Assembly (NCBI RefSeq): GCF_000143415.4
Contig: NW_003314297.1
Span: forward strand, 248,001 to 312,000
Source: Selaginella moellendorffii
Lineage: Eukaryota; Plantae; Lycopodiophyta
DNA length: 64,000 bases
Direction: 5' to 3'
Below the pieces are notes generated by a model that saw only the letters and a program-made list of their open reading frames with translations, was not told the origin of the DNA and searched no databases. Positions 25,140 to 37,151 of this stretch are shown one piece after another; within the stretch, counting starts at the first letter, position 1; each line of letters opens with the position of its first letter. The position numbers were made by a program, and so were the translations under genes.

Positions 25140-26641
25140 ATGGAGGACGAAGACTACGTGGAACGGCAGGGCAAGCGGCTAACCAAGCGGCAAAAGCTAA
25201 TGGAGCACCTCAACAAGCTGCCCGTGAAATCGGTAAGCTCTCCCTGTCTTGTCTAGTCATGGCTCGACATGTGGCTCTGGACAGCCACAAGCCATGATCG
25301 CCCAACTGGCTGGAGCGCGCGAGGAGCAACTCTTCGCCATTCCTCCAAGCGACATCAAAGAGGCCGACTTTCGCATGCGCTATGGCTTGATCGAGATCAA
25401 GCATTACACGCCCTCGTACGACCGGTGAGGTTTTTAGACAAATCTTTGTTTCTTTTTTTTCAAGTCTCCTTTATAGGTTTGCTGCCGTGGAGATGTCAGG
25501 CGAAACTCTTCACTGCGTCAACAAGCTCATCGCCAACGATGTCGCCTACTCGACTGCGTTCCAAGGTGATTGCAAAGGAGAGATGCAGGTCGCACCGATA
25601 CTGGACAGGATGCTACGGAACCTTGGCCGCTTTACAAGGCCCCGGGAACTTGAAAAGGAGCCGGCTTACGGCCAATCACCAGACCCGTCATCGCCATCTG
25701 ACAAAAAAGCGGACTTTGTGCTCCAGTATGAGGCTGACAAGGAAGATCTCAAGTCCCAGGTGGTCCAGGTTGACGAGGAAAACCTTCCCAACTCTCAGTC
25801 TTCGGACTCTTCAGCAGATTACCCGCTGATAAAACCTCAGTCCGCGAGCAATTCTTCTCCGAGGCACCATTCAGATTGTAAGATGTACGTGTACACTAAT
25901 CGCTACACGCTTCGTGGACTGCGGCTCAAAGTGACGGTGGATTTCAAACGCGACGCGGGCGTCGAGGATCTCTACCAGCCAGCTATGTACACCATACAGG
26001 AACTGGTGGAGACAGCGGCGCGTCCGAAGAGCTACAGACCGCCAGTGACCATCATGGTAAGAATAGCGAGTCACTTGGATCATGAGCGCTGACATATCGT
26101 CTTCTAGGCCGGTGACAAGGATGACTGGTATTACGGAATCCTGGAAATAGATGGTTTTGTTTGGGTGGAAAACCATCAGATTGATCAGGCCAGCTTGCAA
26201 GGTAAATGACTGCACAAACGGCTGCCAGTCTAACTATTTGTGGTCGTGTGCGCAGAGTTCCCGGAAGAAAAGATGGAGGTGAATCCGAAGAAATTCACTC
26301 CAAGCTTCACGCGTGCCGAATTACAGAACAACTTCGAAACGTGGAAGAAGGACTTCGCTAAGATCAAGATGAGAATCCCCAATGGTCTTCACCCGGTTGG
26401 CCGCTTCTTCATCAGGTAAGAGCCGCGTTTCCAAGCGCTTTGGTATTGACAGACTTGCAGGACGGTGCAAGGGTATAACAAGATGCCTACCCTTGGCGGT
26501 GAAGCGGAGCTTGCCAGGGGGCAAAAGAGGTTCTACGATGGCATGCTCAAGACTCTTGTTGGTCGTCAAGTCACCAACTGGAGTCCCCAGGATGCGCTCA
26601 ATGCGTGGAACGCACGCAAGTGCCTCCTCGAGATCACTTAG
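25140..26641 (+). CDS. Six-exon, 415-aa PD-(D/E)xK restriction-endonuclease-fold protein (Crinkler-type REase-like)
   Basis: Exons 25140-25232, 25285-25424, 25477-26056, 26108-26201, 26256-26415 and 26461-26641 join through GT-AG introns into 1248 nt with no internal stop. Motifs GEMQV..IL, KADFVL, VTVDFK, LYQPAMY, AGDKDDWYYG. Confidence 0.75.
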
Positions 26642-26872
26642 GTGCGCCAGCCGACAGTAAACACTAGAAATGACACTAGAAATGTCGGTGTTTTCAGGTT
26701 TTCCAATTTTTGATAGTATATGTAAAAAAAAAATTCGCTACTATCCGATGGAATATAGTTTGCTACCTTGGTTCAACATGCCATACCCAGATAGCACAGG
26801 GCTCTTGAAACTATACCTCGATCTTCTCTCTGCTCCCACGTTGCACTCCGAGTGTAGCCACTACAATGCCAC

Positions 26873-27884
26873 CTAAAGTTGGACAATCCAGAAACCACAT
26901 GTCGAAATGCCAAACTTGGTCTGCGATTGCTCCTTCCACAGGCCTGCGCTGCCATAGAGCTTGACCATGAGCATGTAACAAGCCGAGTCACTGGAACCGC
27001 TGTCCAACTCCACAAAGCGATCAAACACGGCTTTTCCCACCTCTGCACTGTTCCACTTGCAGCAAGCGGCCAGCAGCGTCGAGCATGTCATGGATCCACC
27101 AGCGGTGAAAGGCATGCTCTCCACCAGCAGCATTGTCTCCTCCAGACGGTTGGCTCGTCCCAGCGTGCCGATCATACAGTGGTAGTGCTGTCCACTGTGC
27201 TTTCACCGCCAGCTCCTCAAACGGAGACTTGACACTCTCCACCAGTCCTGAGTGGCTGCACGCCGATAGCATCGGGTTTCAAGCCTTCGTCTTTCTTACT
27301 GTGGAGAGCACCAAGCACTCGATCGCTCTCGCCTCGAGCACAGTAGCCTGCCATCCAAGTGATGACACAGAACGACTGCTGTGTGCTGCCGAAAACTCAA
27401 TGTCGAACAGACCATCTCTGTGGATGGACTTGGCCTTGAGAGCAGTGGCATTAAGTCCATGTGTCACTGTTAGGCACCAACTTTGACTACGTGGTCAACG
27501 TTGGTCAAAGGGAGGCTCAAGGGTATATTAAGGCATGTTAAAATTACCTACCCTAAGGGTCACAGTGGAGCGGCGGTGCAGTGGAGCTTTTGAGGTAGCT
27601 CAGGGGTGGTTGGGTGGTGAGGAACCTCAAGAGGTGGCATAACATAGTCTAGGGCAACTAAATTTTTGTCTTTTTGCGCCGGATCATAATAGTCACACAC
27701 ATCCCGATGGTGATGCTAACAATCTGAGAGCCCGCTCGCTCTCCCCCTTGCCAGCGTAGCCCTGTAGGTCCAAGACAGAATGCTGGAGAAGGGTTATGTC
27801 AAACACCTTGTGAGCGTCCACAAGGCTCCCAGTCTTTGCGTACATGTCTCTCCCTGAGCAAGCTTTTAGAGAGGACAATATCAT
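26873..27884 (-). pseudogene. PPR pseudogene fragments
   Basis: LSACSHSGLV, LGRANRLEE...MPF and DMYAKTGSLVDAHKVFD occur in different frames, separated by unrelated DNA. Confidence 0.8.
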
Positions 27885-28536
27885 AATGTAGAAAGTAATT
27901 ACAGAGTAGGGTGGTTACAAATACCATATTTAGGACATGTTACAAACGAAAGTTGTATGTCCTTTCAGTTGCAACAAGAAAAGTTTTAAAACCAATGCAT
28001 CCATTTATTTTGTCCAAATAAAAGTAACATATATAAGACACTAAAAATAATATGTGACAAGATTTTCTATTATATCTGGAGTAAAATCTTGACAAAATAA
28101 CTGACATCATTTTTGAGGTGCATGAGTCAATCCAACTCTAATAGCAATATCTAAAACATTATCTAGAAAAGGGATTTTATATTCAGTCACACTTAAGATC
28201 ATAAAAGAAAAAACCTTACAACCATTATTGTGTGGAGGGAATAAAAATTGGAAATGGAGGTGGAGACTCATATGAAATGCATGGGACCAAGTTCGAGTAA
28301 TAATAACATTTTAAGCAAATTGAATTTTGAATGGTATTTATTGGTATGTATATTAAGTTAAACTCTAGTTTTTAATATGACATTGACAATATACAGATTC
28401 TTGATAGTTTAGATTGTTAATCTTGGAAATTTAGGACTTTAGAATCATAATAATGTTAGAACCACTTATATTACAATTATATATAATAATGTTCTTACAC
28501 ATGGTGAAGAACAATATTTCATTGGTAAACACTATA

Positions 28537-28560
28537 AAGCTCTATTTCGTTAAAGTGGGA
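28537..28560 (+). repeat. Left terminal inverted repeat
   Basis: Reverse complement of 42270-42293 with 2 mismatches. Confidence 0.88.
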
Positions 28561-28978
28561 ATTGTCATTATCCCACTTGTAAAATAAGGTTTCCAAACCT
28601 TTATATAGTATATAAATATAACAAAATTCAACTGCATTGAGGCACATGTCATTTTATTTTAAACAAGGAAATGTCTACTCAATCATTTCTCCTCCCCCTG
28701 CCACTGCTTCACCTCTCTCTTCTCCTTGTCATCGTCATCCAATTTCTTTCCATCCTTTTAATATTGGCTTAGTTGCTCTGAGTCTAGGTGGAGCCCAAGT
28801 CCCCATTCAATCTTTACTTTCCCCTTATTAATAAAACAACTTCGTAGACTTCCAATAACATGCTGTAACACTTCTAGTATAATGCAAATCCTCTCAAAGA
28901 ATTGTCTTTTAATATTAATACAATGGCATGGAACCCCATGCCATAATAAGTTACATTTTTAAATAAATACATGCCATC

Positions 28979-31900
28979 TCAGACTGTTATTTTTTGCCTC
29001 CAACGCCTATATAATAATCTTGGAATTTCATCACTCTCCACACTATCAGGATTTAAACCCAATAGTAATGCCATCTCTTCTCTAATACGTCCACGCTCAT
29101 GTTCAGTGGTCGAAGAACCCATCCGGTTGAGCAGATTATGGAGATGCGGATAGTGCTTGGCTAAACAATATACATGCCATAAATGATGACTGGTGTCTGT
29201 CCGATCAAATGGCTTCTGATATACCGTTCTATCTGCCATTTGGTTGATTTCTGCAGCCACCTCCTGGACTGGCCGGTTCTCTATCACCATCGCTCCAAGC
29301 CGTTTTGCAAGGTCCCCCAGAACATATGGTTTCTTCTCCCTAGTTTCCATACTGCAAGAGATGGGGTGCACTGCATATGTGTGCATGTTCGCTGCAGTTT
29401 TAATCGGCGAGTCATCGATGATAAGGATTTCACTTGACCTAGCAGTCCGGTTCATCACTACAGCCTCTGGCTTGATGAAGATGGGCTTGCTACCCCTCAC
29501 ATGGACTATAGTCAAGCAATCCTCCTGCGTTAGGAGAAAGTCAAATGGTAATATTACTCGTGTCTGATCGTGCATCATCTGTAGCAATGTTAATGCATTG
29601 TGGCGCATCATGGATGTCCAAACTCCCAATTGCAAATTGAACCCGGCCCTTTGTTTTAAGTGTTGCATGGTCATTATTAGATTTTGCAGTTTCTCCCGTG
29701 TGATTAATGTGAATCTGTCTCTTTTGACCAACTTGCGACTGCAGGCTTTGGAGGGTGTAGTGACATTCGAGGATGAGCCACACTCATGGGAGAAAAGGAC
29801 ACCGTTCAGATAAAAAACGATACAGTACCTTCGCCGTGACTCTGAAATGAAATGCGTCAGCATAAAAAATGGTACAAATCAATTTTACCATCTACAATAT
29901 TAGCGAATGGTGCTCCTGATGGTCGTTGAGAGGGTTTTGGTCGAGGAAACGTGAAGGGCAGAAATACTCTCCTCTGCAATGTGGGGTCAATCGCATCCGA
30001 TGGCGTGTGGGCACATGCCATTTCAGCTGTAGACTCTGGTACAATTGGCTCAACAGTGGCATGGGGTGGTTCCGATGGCGTGTGATCACACGCCATTTCA
30101 GCTAGTGCCTCCGTTGGCAAAGTGGACATGACCGAACAGGCAGCAGGGGCGGTGTAGGGAGGTTCCAACGGCGCATAGTCAGACGATTGGGCACACGTTG
30201 AGTCCGTTGGAAATGAGGATACGACCGGCTCGGCGGCTGGGGCGGCCTCATGCAGGTCCAATGGCGCCTGGTCACCGTCAGTTGGATACGTGGACAAGAT
30301 TGACTCAGTGGTATGGGCAGCATCAAGTGGAGCGTGGTCAGCTTGCTTGGCGTTGATATGGATAGTAGCCTCCACCAGCTCTGATGACTCTTGCAGGCAA
30401 GTAGAGTCCACTGGCGGATCCATATGCATGTCCAAATATCTCCCTTCGATTGAGATGGTATCCTCCCTACTGGCTACTAAAAACAAACTCATTAGCACAT
30501 TGAATCGACTATACTGTATTTACCATCAACTGCTATTGAGGAACTAGGACCGATATCACTTGGGTGCACTGCTGATTCTGAAGGATTGGACATACGTTTC
30601 GACCCTTGCTTGGCACTATCCTTCCTCGACACTAAAGGCTAGAGTTTGTATCTTAATTCAACTGAATAATCTCTACTTACCATTTGCTTTGCAACCTACA
30701 TGGACAATGTTAGAAATGGTAAAAGGTTAGGAATGGATGTACTATTATTTACCTGATGGTTTGTCTTGTATGACCTTCCTCCGCTGCTCTTTGGCCACCT
30801 CAGGCTGGCCATCGTCATCATCATCGTCGTCGTCGTTATTGTGATCGTCACCATTGTGAGGACCATCCAAGTCCTCTTTGTCCTCCTCTTCTTCGTCCTC
30901 CTCTTCTTTGTCCTCCTCTTCGTCCTTCTGCTCTTCCTGCTCATTATCTTTCTCTGGCCCCTCATCCCCCTCCTGCATTTCTTCCATAGGCTGCTCAGGC
31001 TGGATGGCTTGTTCTTCCAAGACCATCTTGGGAAAATCATCTGGCCGAGTCTCCATCTCAAAATACAAGACATCCATAGCCTGTTTTAGTGTGTGACCTA
31101 GGACCATATCCTCACCCGACTGTCTTAACATGGTTTCTGCACCCCCTAGCCAACCAACAGAGTCGGACCCGAGACTCCCCTGATACCAAATGTAGGCTCC
31201 TGAGTTTGGACTTCCCGAGAGGTCACCCAGCCCAGTACTATTCAAACCCAAGGACGTGTAACTCCAACTATACCAAGACCCTTAACCGATGGGAAAAGGG
31301 GGTGCACTCTTATTCATGGGCCCTTTCCCTCTATATTTGAACCCCTATGGATCGTCTCTCGAGTCGTTCCCTTTTGCTGCTTCCACCGACGACTGTCCAA
31401 CGTGCTTTTGCTTTTTATGACCACTGTCAGTTTGAGCTTGGCTGGTGCTTGCCTGTTTTGCCTTTGAAGAAGTGTCTCCTGCAAGGAATGGCATGAGACC
31501 ACACGCCATTGCAAATATAATTTGTACCTCCTTTTTTCCTATTGCTTGTCTGTTTGTCCTTCTTCGATGCGCCACCAGTGCGCTTTTCAGTCCTCGTGTC
31601 TGAATATTCACAAAGATCTATAATCAAAATGGCGTGAGGCCTCACGTGACCTTACCTTGTGCAGGTTGTGAGCTCGGCCCAACATGGGTATCTTCAACAG
31701 TAGCTGTTAACGCCGTTTCAGCATCTGGGGGTGGCCACGCTCCTGCATACAGAGCTTGTGAGATAACATTTAAACTTAAAGTGCGTACTCACCAGGTTCG
31801 TAGAGAAGATACTGTTTTTCTTTGGCAACTGTAATTATATGCTCCATTGAAGTCACCTCTTCAATGGAGTTTGTCACCGCAACACACGGGACACCCTTGA

Positions 31901-34350
31901 GTAGTGCGGCTCGAAAGAATAGTCCGCCGCAGTTGTACTCGACAACGCATTTGCCCTTGGAGTCGGAAGCAGGTGACCCACCCGCTATTGCGTTGAAGAC
32001 CCAACTGAGCATTTCCCATGCTGCACCTGGAGCTTTCTCTGGATTCGAAAGCTCCATAGCCGTCTTCAGTTCCTTAGGCACGGGTAAATTGACCTCCCTC
32101 AGATCAATTCGATCGGCCTTGTCGAATGAAGCTGGGAAGTCACTCCAGTCCCACTCTGCTGCAGGACTAATAACAAGGGCGAGTGTGAAGATGCGGACAT
32201 TCGTCGGTATCTTCTTCTTAGCCATTATCCCATGGATCTCCTGCATCTCCTTGCCTTTCAACTGAGCCTTCACCTCGTTCAAGGCCTTCTAGAACTTGTG
32301 ATAGGATTCGGAGTCGTAGATCATATAGTGGACTGAAGATTCCACCTCCGCAAGTCCCACCATTAAGTCAATGATGGAGCTGACTTCGTCTGCATGAGTG
32401 ATCTCCTCGTTTGTGAAGTCCATCACACAAAAGATGTTCTTGACCTGCTCATCTCCGCAGGAAACGATGCTCCTCCACCTTTGATCCTCATCCGAATTCA
32501 CGTATACCCGGTAAGGTTCTCGATAGGCCTCTACTGCGGGGTCGAGCTGTTTCTGAAGCCAGCAGTCGACATCCCTCTTAATGAAATTTGGATACTGATC
32601 CAACTTCTCAGCTTTACTTTTCGTGGCATCCCGTAGCAGATCGATGAACTTGGGGGCCCCTTTCACGTACTCGTCGATGTCTTCATTTGACAACTCCAGC
32701 TCTTCCATCATCTCTTGCGTGGTGTCGATGCTCACCCTCTCCACGGCCACTTGCTCGAAGATCCAATCCTTCAATAGTGCACGAGCTCTCAGAGTCGTGC
32801 ACAAGTCCTCGTATGTCACAATATGGCCGGGAGTCATTTTGGTCTTGTTGAAGACTACCTCACCACGTAGAAGAGCATTAGCCACTGTTAGAAGGTCGTC
32901 GTCGTCTAGAGACCGCGAGAAACGCAAGGCGTTGAGCTTCAAATCATTGGGCTTCCGGCCGTCCTCCACACCCATTGAGTTTAGCAACTCCCCGTCATGG
33001 TACCTCCTCAGCACATCTACCCATTTGTCAAAAACAACTTTTGTCGCGAGTAGAATGTTATGGATGCTAAGTGTGTCATTGACCCCCAGTGTTTTCGAGA
33101 GAAGACTCGAGAATTCCTGCAATGGAAATGGCGTGAGGTCACATGCTATGCCACATGCAACGAGGCTTACCTGCTAGGCGCTAGTTGCTAGTGCACGTCC
33201 TTGTCCTGGTTTTTGTGGCTTCTTCAGTTGAACCCAGAGCTTCCGTGTTCGTGCCAATGTCTCGTGCAGACCCGATTTGTAGCACGTTTCTTGCTTGACA
33301 TTCTGCGCGTAGGAGATGTATATGATAGATCGGAGGGGCGAGTTGCCTTTTATCAGGCAGACAACTCTTGTCTTGAAGACTTTCTTCACCTCCTCGCCCA
33401 CCATAATATCCACAACTATCTCTTGCATTGCCAAGCTAGAATGCTGCCCGGAGACAGCATAGAACCGGATGTTCTGATCGTCCAACACCTTCCTATTGAT
33501 CAAGTCTGGAAACCTCGTCTCGCCCTTCATTGTTCGGTAGTAGGGGATCACGTCTGTGATGTCGGGTGTTACTAGACTTGCCAGCATCTTCTGCTTCAGT
33601 TTCTCCACCCACTCATCAGATACTAGCCTGTGGTTGTATTTGCTTTGGATGTCGATACGGCTCATGTCGATTGTATATACTTTGTTGGAATAGTAACAAG
33701 TACTATTATCTGCGACAATTTTTGCTGCCTCTTCTTGCTCTTTCTGCTTTTTGCGGCTCTTCTTTTTGGTGGGTGTAGTGTTCGAACCCGAGGCAATGGC
33801 ATCACCGAGTAGCTTCTTTTTTGGAGCAGGAGAGTCGGACGTCGGCTTGAGCTTGACCACCCTTTTTTGCTTCGGGGTAGTTTCCAGATCGACCCCCTTC
33901 CCCTTCGCTTCGCAAACTGGAGGCACTCTCAACGGCTCAATGTTGGAATATAGTTTTTGAACATCGCCGTAGGTGAGGTCCGTGGATTCCATGTGATCTT
34001 CATAGACCTGCAACGTCTTTGAAATTGTGGGCCTCCTGGACAACCTCTCCCTAGCTCCCTCTAGGAATTCCTCATAGCTGCTGCCCCCCTCCGGGAAGCC
34101 GCTAGGATGTGCAAGGTGGATCTTGAAGGCGGATGCTGTCTCTACCACAAGTGCCAGTCCATATTCTTGCATGGAACTGCATGGAGTGTCTGTCACTTGG
34201 ATGAGGATCCCCATGCATTATTTTCTCCCACCATCTGTGTTGTACAGCCTCAGATCCTCGCCTTCCATCCCGAAAGTCCAACTGGTGAGCTCCTCCCCCT
34301 TCTCTACATCCACATTGACAGTGGCTGGAAGAAGAATGCAATTCCTTGCC
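28979..34350 (-). pseudogene. Large multi-exon cargo gene (~1,600+ codons): ParB/Srx-like domain, degenerate DNA-MTase-like domain, acidic region, FCP1/NIF HAD-phosphatase-like domain; five in-frame stops
   Basis: Eight ~50-nt GT-AG introns join ORFs 33174-34214, 32289-33122, 31776-32282, 30745-31251, 29857-30498 and 28979-29863 in frame. Motifs FYAVSGQHSSLA; VVEYNCGGLFFRAALLKG; IVFYLNGVL..VWTS..TQEDC..IIDDSP.K. True start not resolved. Confidence 0.72.
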
Positions 34351-35236
34351 TGTTCAGAAATGCACAACAATTAGAGCTGACAGATGAAAAGCTAGCAACT
34401 GGAAATAACGTGAGGCCACACGCCATTCACCACTACATCAGATGTCTTGAGGCTGCATCCTAAGATGGCGTGAGGCTACATGCCATCTGTAACCGGACTG
34501 CCATCGAGAGCCCAATCGGTGCATGCCAATGTTGCTACTGAATGGCATGTGGCCTTATGCCATTTTCTACTTGGCCTAAAAGACTTACCATTTGAAGCCG
34601 AATGGAGGCATGACAATCGAGGCCGGACTCGCTGGCGAATGTGCACTGTGTGTGCAGCGGATCGTAGCAGCAAGGCTACTCTGCCACTTACAGTTGGAGA
34701 GTGGCGTTGAAATCTCCCGGGACGCCAAGTGGGCTGCGTGTGGGTGGCGGAGTGGGCGGCGGAGTTGGCGGCGAAGTTACAAACTGGGTGTGTTTTGAAG
34801 TGGACGCCGATGCACACGAGCGCAATGCGAGCGCGAGTGTGATGCAAGCGCGAGTGGACGCCGATGCACACGAGAAACCTGTAGAGAAGGTAGATGAGCG
34901 CGAATGTGAGCATGATCGCGAGTGTGCGAGCGCGAGTACGATGCAAAACCTAACCTCACACGCGCGAAATGTCACGACGGTTGGTAATCCCGCCACGTCA
35001 TCATTCCTCGGACTTGGGCGCCACCATTAATTTCTAGATCGCCGCGCACATGCATGCACGTGAAATCCAAAAGAAATCCGCAACGTCATCATTCCTCGGA
35101 CTGCATGCACGCAAAATCCAAAAGAAAGATCATGATTGGGATATCATTTAATACCCTTGCTATATTTATACCATGCATGATTGGATATTCCAAAGCATCT
35201 TGTATTTCCAAAAATGCCAGATGTTCAGCTAAATAA

Positions 35237-37151
35237 AGAATGGTATACAATGTCCTTCTTAATGACCCTGCAAAGAAGCATCTCGATCGGACACCACATG
35301 AGACCACACGAGCCTTACAATGTTTCAAGGGCATTTGCCATAGATCCGACCGTTATTTTGCTCCAAGATTCTACAGTTTGGTGTGCATTGACCTTTCCAT
35401 CGACACTGCAAAGGGACATCATAATCAGATGCGGGATCACAAGAAACCAACTTCACTAACTCTGGTTTCACCAAGATCTACGTAAAGAGTTATGAAATGA
35501 AAGGACCCTCTCTATTGAAATGTGTTTATGGTCCTGACATATCAAAGGATTTTGCATCAAGTTCTGTATTTGCATGTTTATCAAGCTACTGAATTGCTAA
35601 ACCCTAAACATGTGGCAAATGTTGCGTGAAGAAAGATGCCCTTTCTGGGCAAATGCTGTAAGAGGCAGATGCCGAGCAGTTACACGGTGAATAATCTTGG
35701 CGCGGATCGCTGACATGGCATGGCAAAGTTTGAATCACTGACATGGCACAGCTGGATCGAGGCAAGGACATGATGTAACAAAGTTCAACGTCCGACAGCA
35801 AAGTCTAGAAGCTACTCAGTTTGAAATTTGTCAGAGGAATTATAAGATCTGGTTTGTCAGAGGATTTGATGTGACGTTCAAGCGTGTGGGCTCATGCAAT
35901 TTTGATCCCAAAAAATGCACCAAAAAATGCTCGGCGTCATCTGGCGTTATCTCTTGAATGGCGTGGGGCCGCATGCCATTTTCAGGGGCACATAGGAGTA
36001 TATTCCTAGAATATTCTAACATGCGCGAGATTTTTTTGAGTTTTCTGGAGATCCAACCGTTAGATCGCAACTAGATTTTACAGAATGGTATACAATGTCT
36101 TTCTTGATGACCTTGCAAAGAAGCATCTCGATCGGACACCACATGAGACCACACGAGCCTTACAATGTTTCAGGGGCATTTGCCATAGATCCGACCGTTA
36201 TTTTGCTCCAAGAATTTACAGTTTGGTGTGCATTGACCTTTCCATCGACACTGCAAAAGGACATCACAATCAGATGCGGGATCACAAGAAACTAACTTCA
36301 CTAACTCTGGTTTCACCAAGATCTACGTAAGGAGTTATGAAATGAAAGGACCCTTTCTATTGAAATGTGTTTATGGTCCTAGGGGCATTGTGATATATCA
36401 AAGGATTTTGCATCAAGTTCTGTATTTGCATGTTTATCAAGCTACTGAATTGCTAAACCCTAAACCCTAAACCCTAAACATGTGGCAAATGCTGCGTGAA
36501 GAAAGATGCCCTTTCTGGGCAAATGCTGTAAGAGGCAGATGCCGAGCAGATGTATCTCAAGCTAGCGAAGGGGACAAACGAAAGCTAGCTATAAACATGA
36601 TGGGATGCAAATAGATTACTAGGCTGGTCCTGCGAAAATCAAAAACCATAATTGAAAACATTGAAAATGCAAAAAGAAAGGTTTATAATATTTTTGAATT
36701 TTAAGAAACCAAAGGAATGTAAGTAGGGCATGTGTTTGTAAGTTTAAAAATGCCTCAACCACTTAAATTCCCAAGTAAATAAAGCTGTTTCTATTTTTGG
36801 TACAGGTAAACTTTATAGTGTGTGGGCTCATGTAATTTTGAACCCAAAAATGCACCAAAAAATGCTCGACTAGCATTATTCTTTGAATGGCGTGTGGCCT
36901 TATATTGCCATAAATGGACATACACACACAGCATAATTATTCCTTTATACGGCGAATAATCTTGGCGCGGATCGCTAACATGGCATGGCAAAGTTCGAAT
37001 CACTGACATGGCACAGCTGGATCGAGGCAAGGACATGATGTGACAAAGTTCAACCTCCGACAGCAAAGTCTAGAAGCTACTCAGTTTGAAATTTGTCAGA
37101 GGAATCATAAGATCTGGTTTGTCAGAGGATTTGATGTGACGTTCAAGCGTG
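35237..37151 (+). repeat. Internal permuted direct duplication between the two divergent genes
   Basis: 35237-35680 matches 36082-36548; 35684-35887 matches 36949-37151; 35885-35970 matches 36820-36900. Confidence 0.9.
36453..36479 (+). repeat. Interstitial plant telomere-type repeats (CCCTAAA)n
   Basis: CTAAACCCTAAACCCTAAACCCTAAAC; the paralogous site at ~35596 has one unit. Confidence 0.85.

Noticed and set aside
35240-36330. Duplicated 81-aa ORFs as a third transposon gene
   Set aside because: No motif; their similarity is explained by the recent internal duplication.
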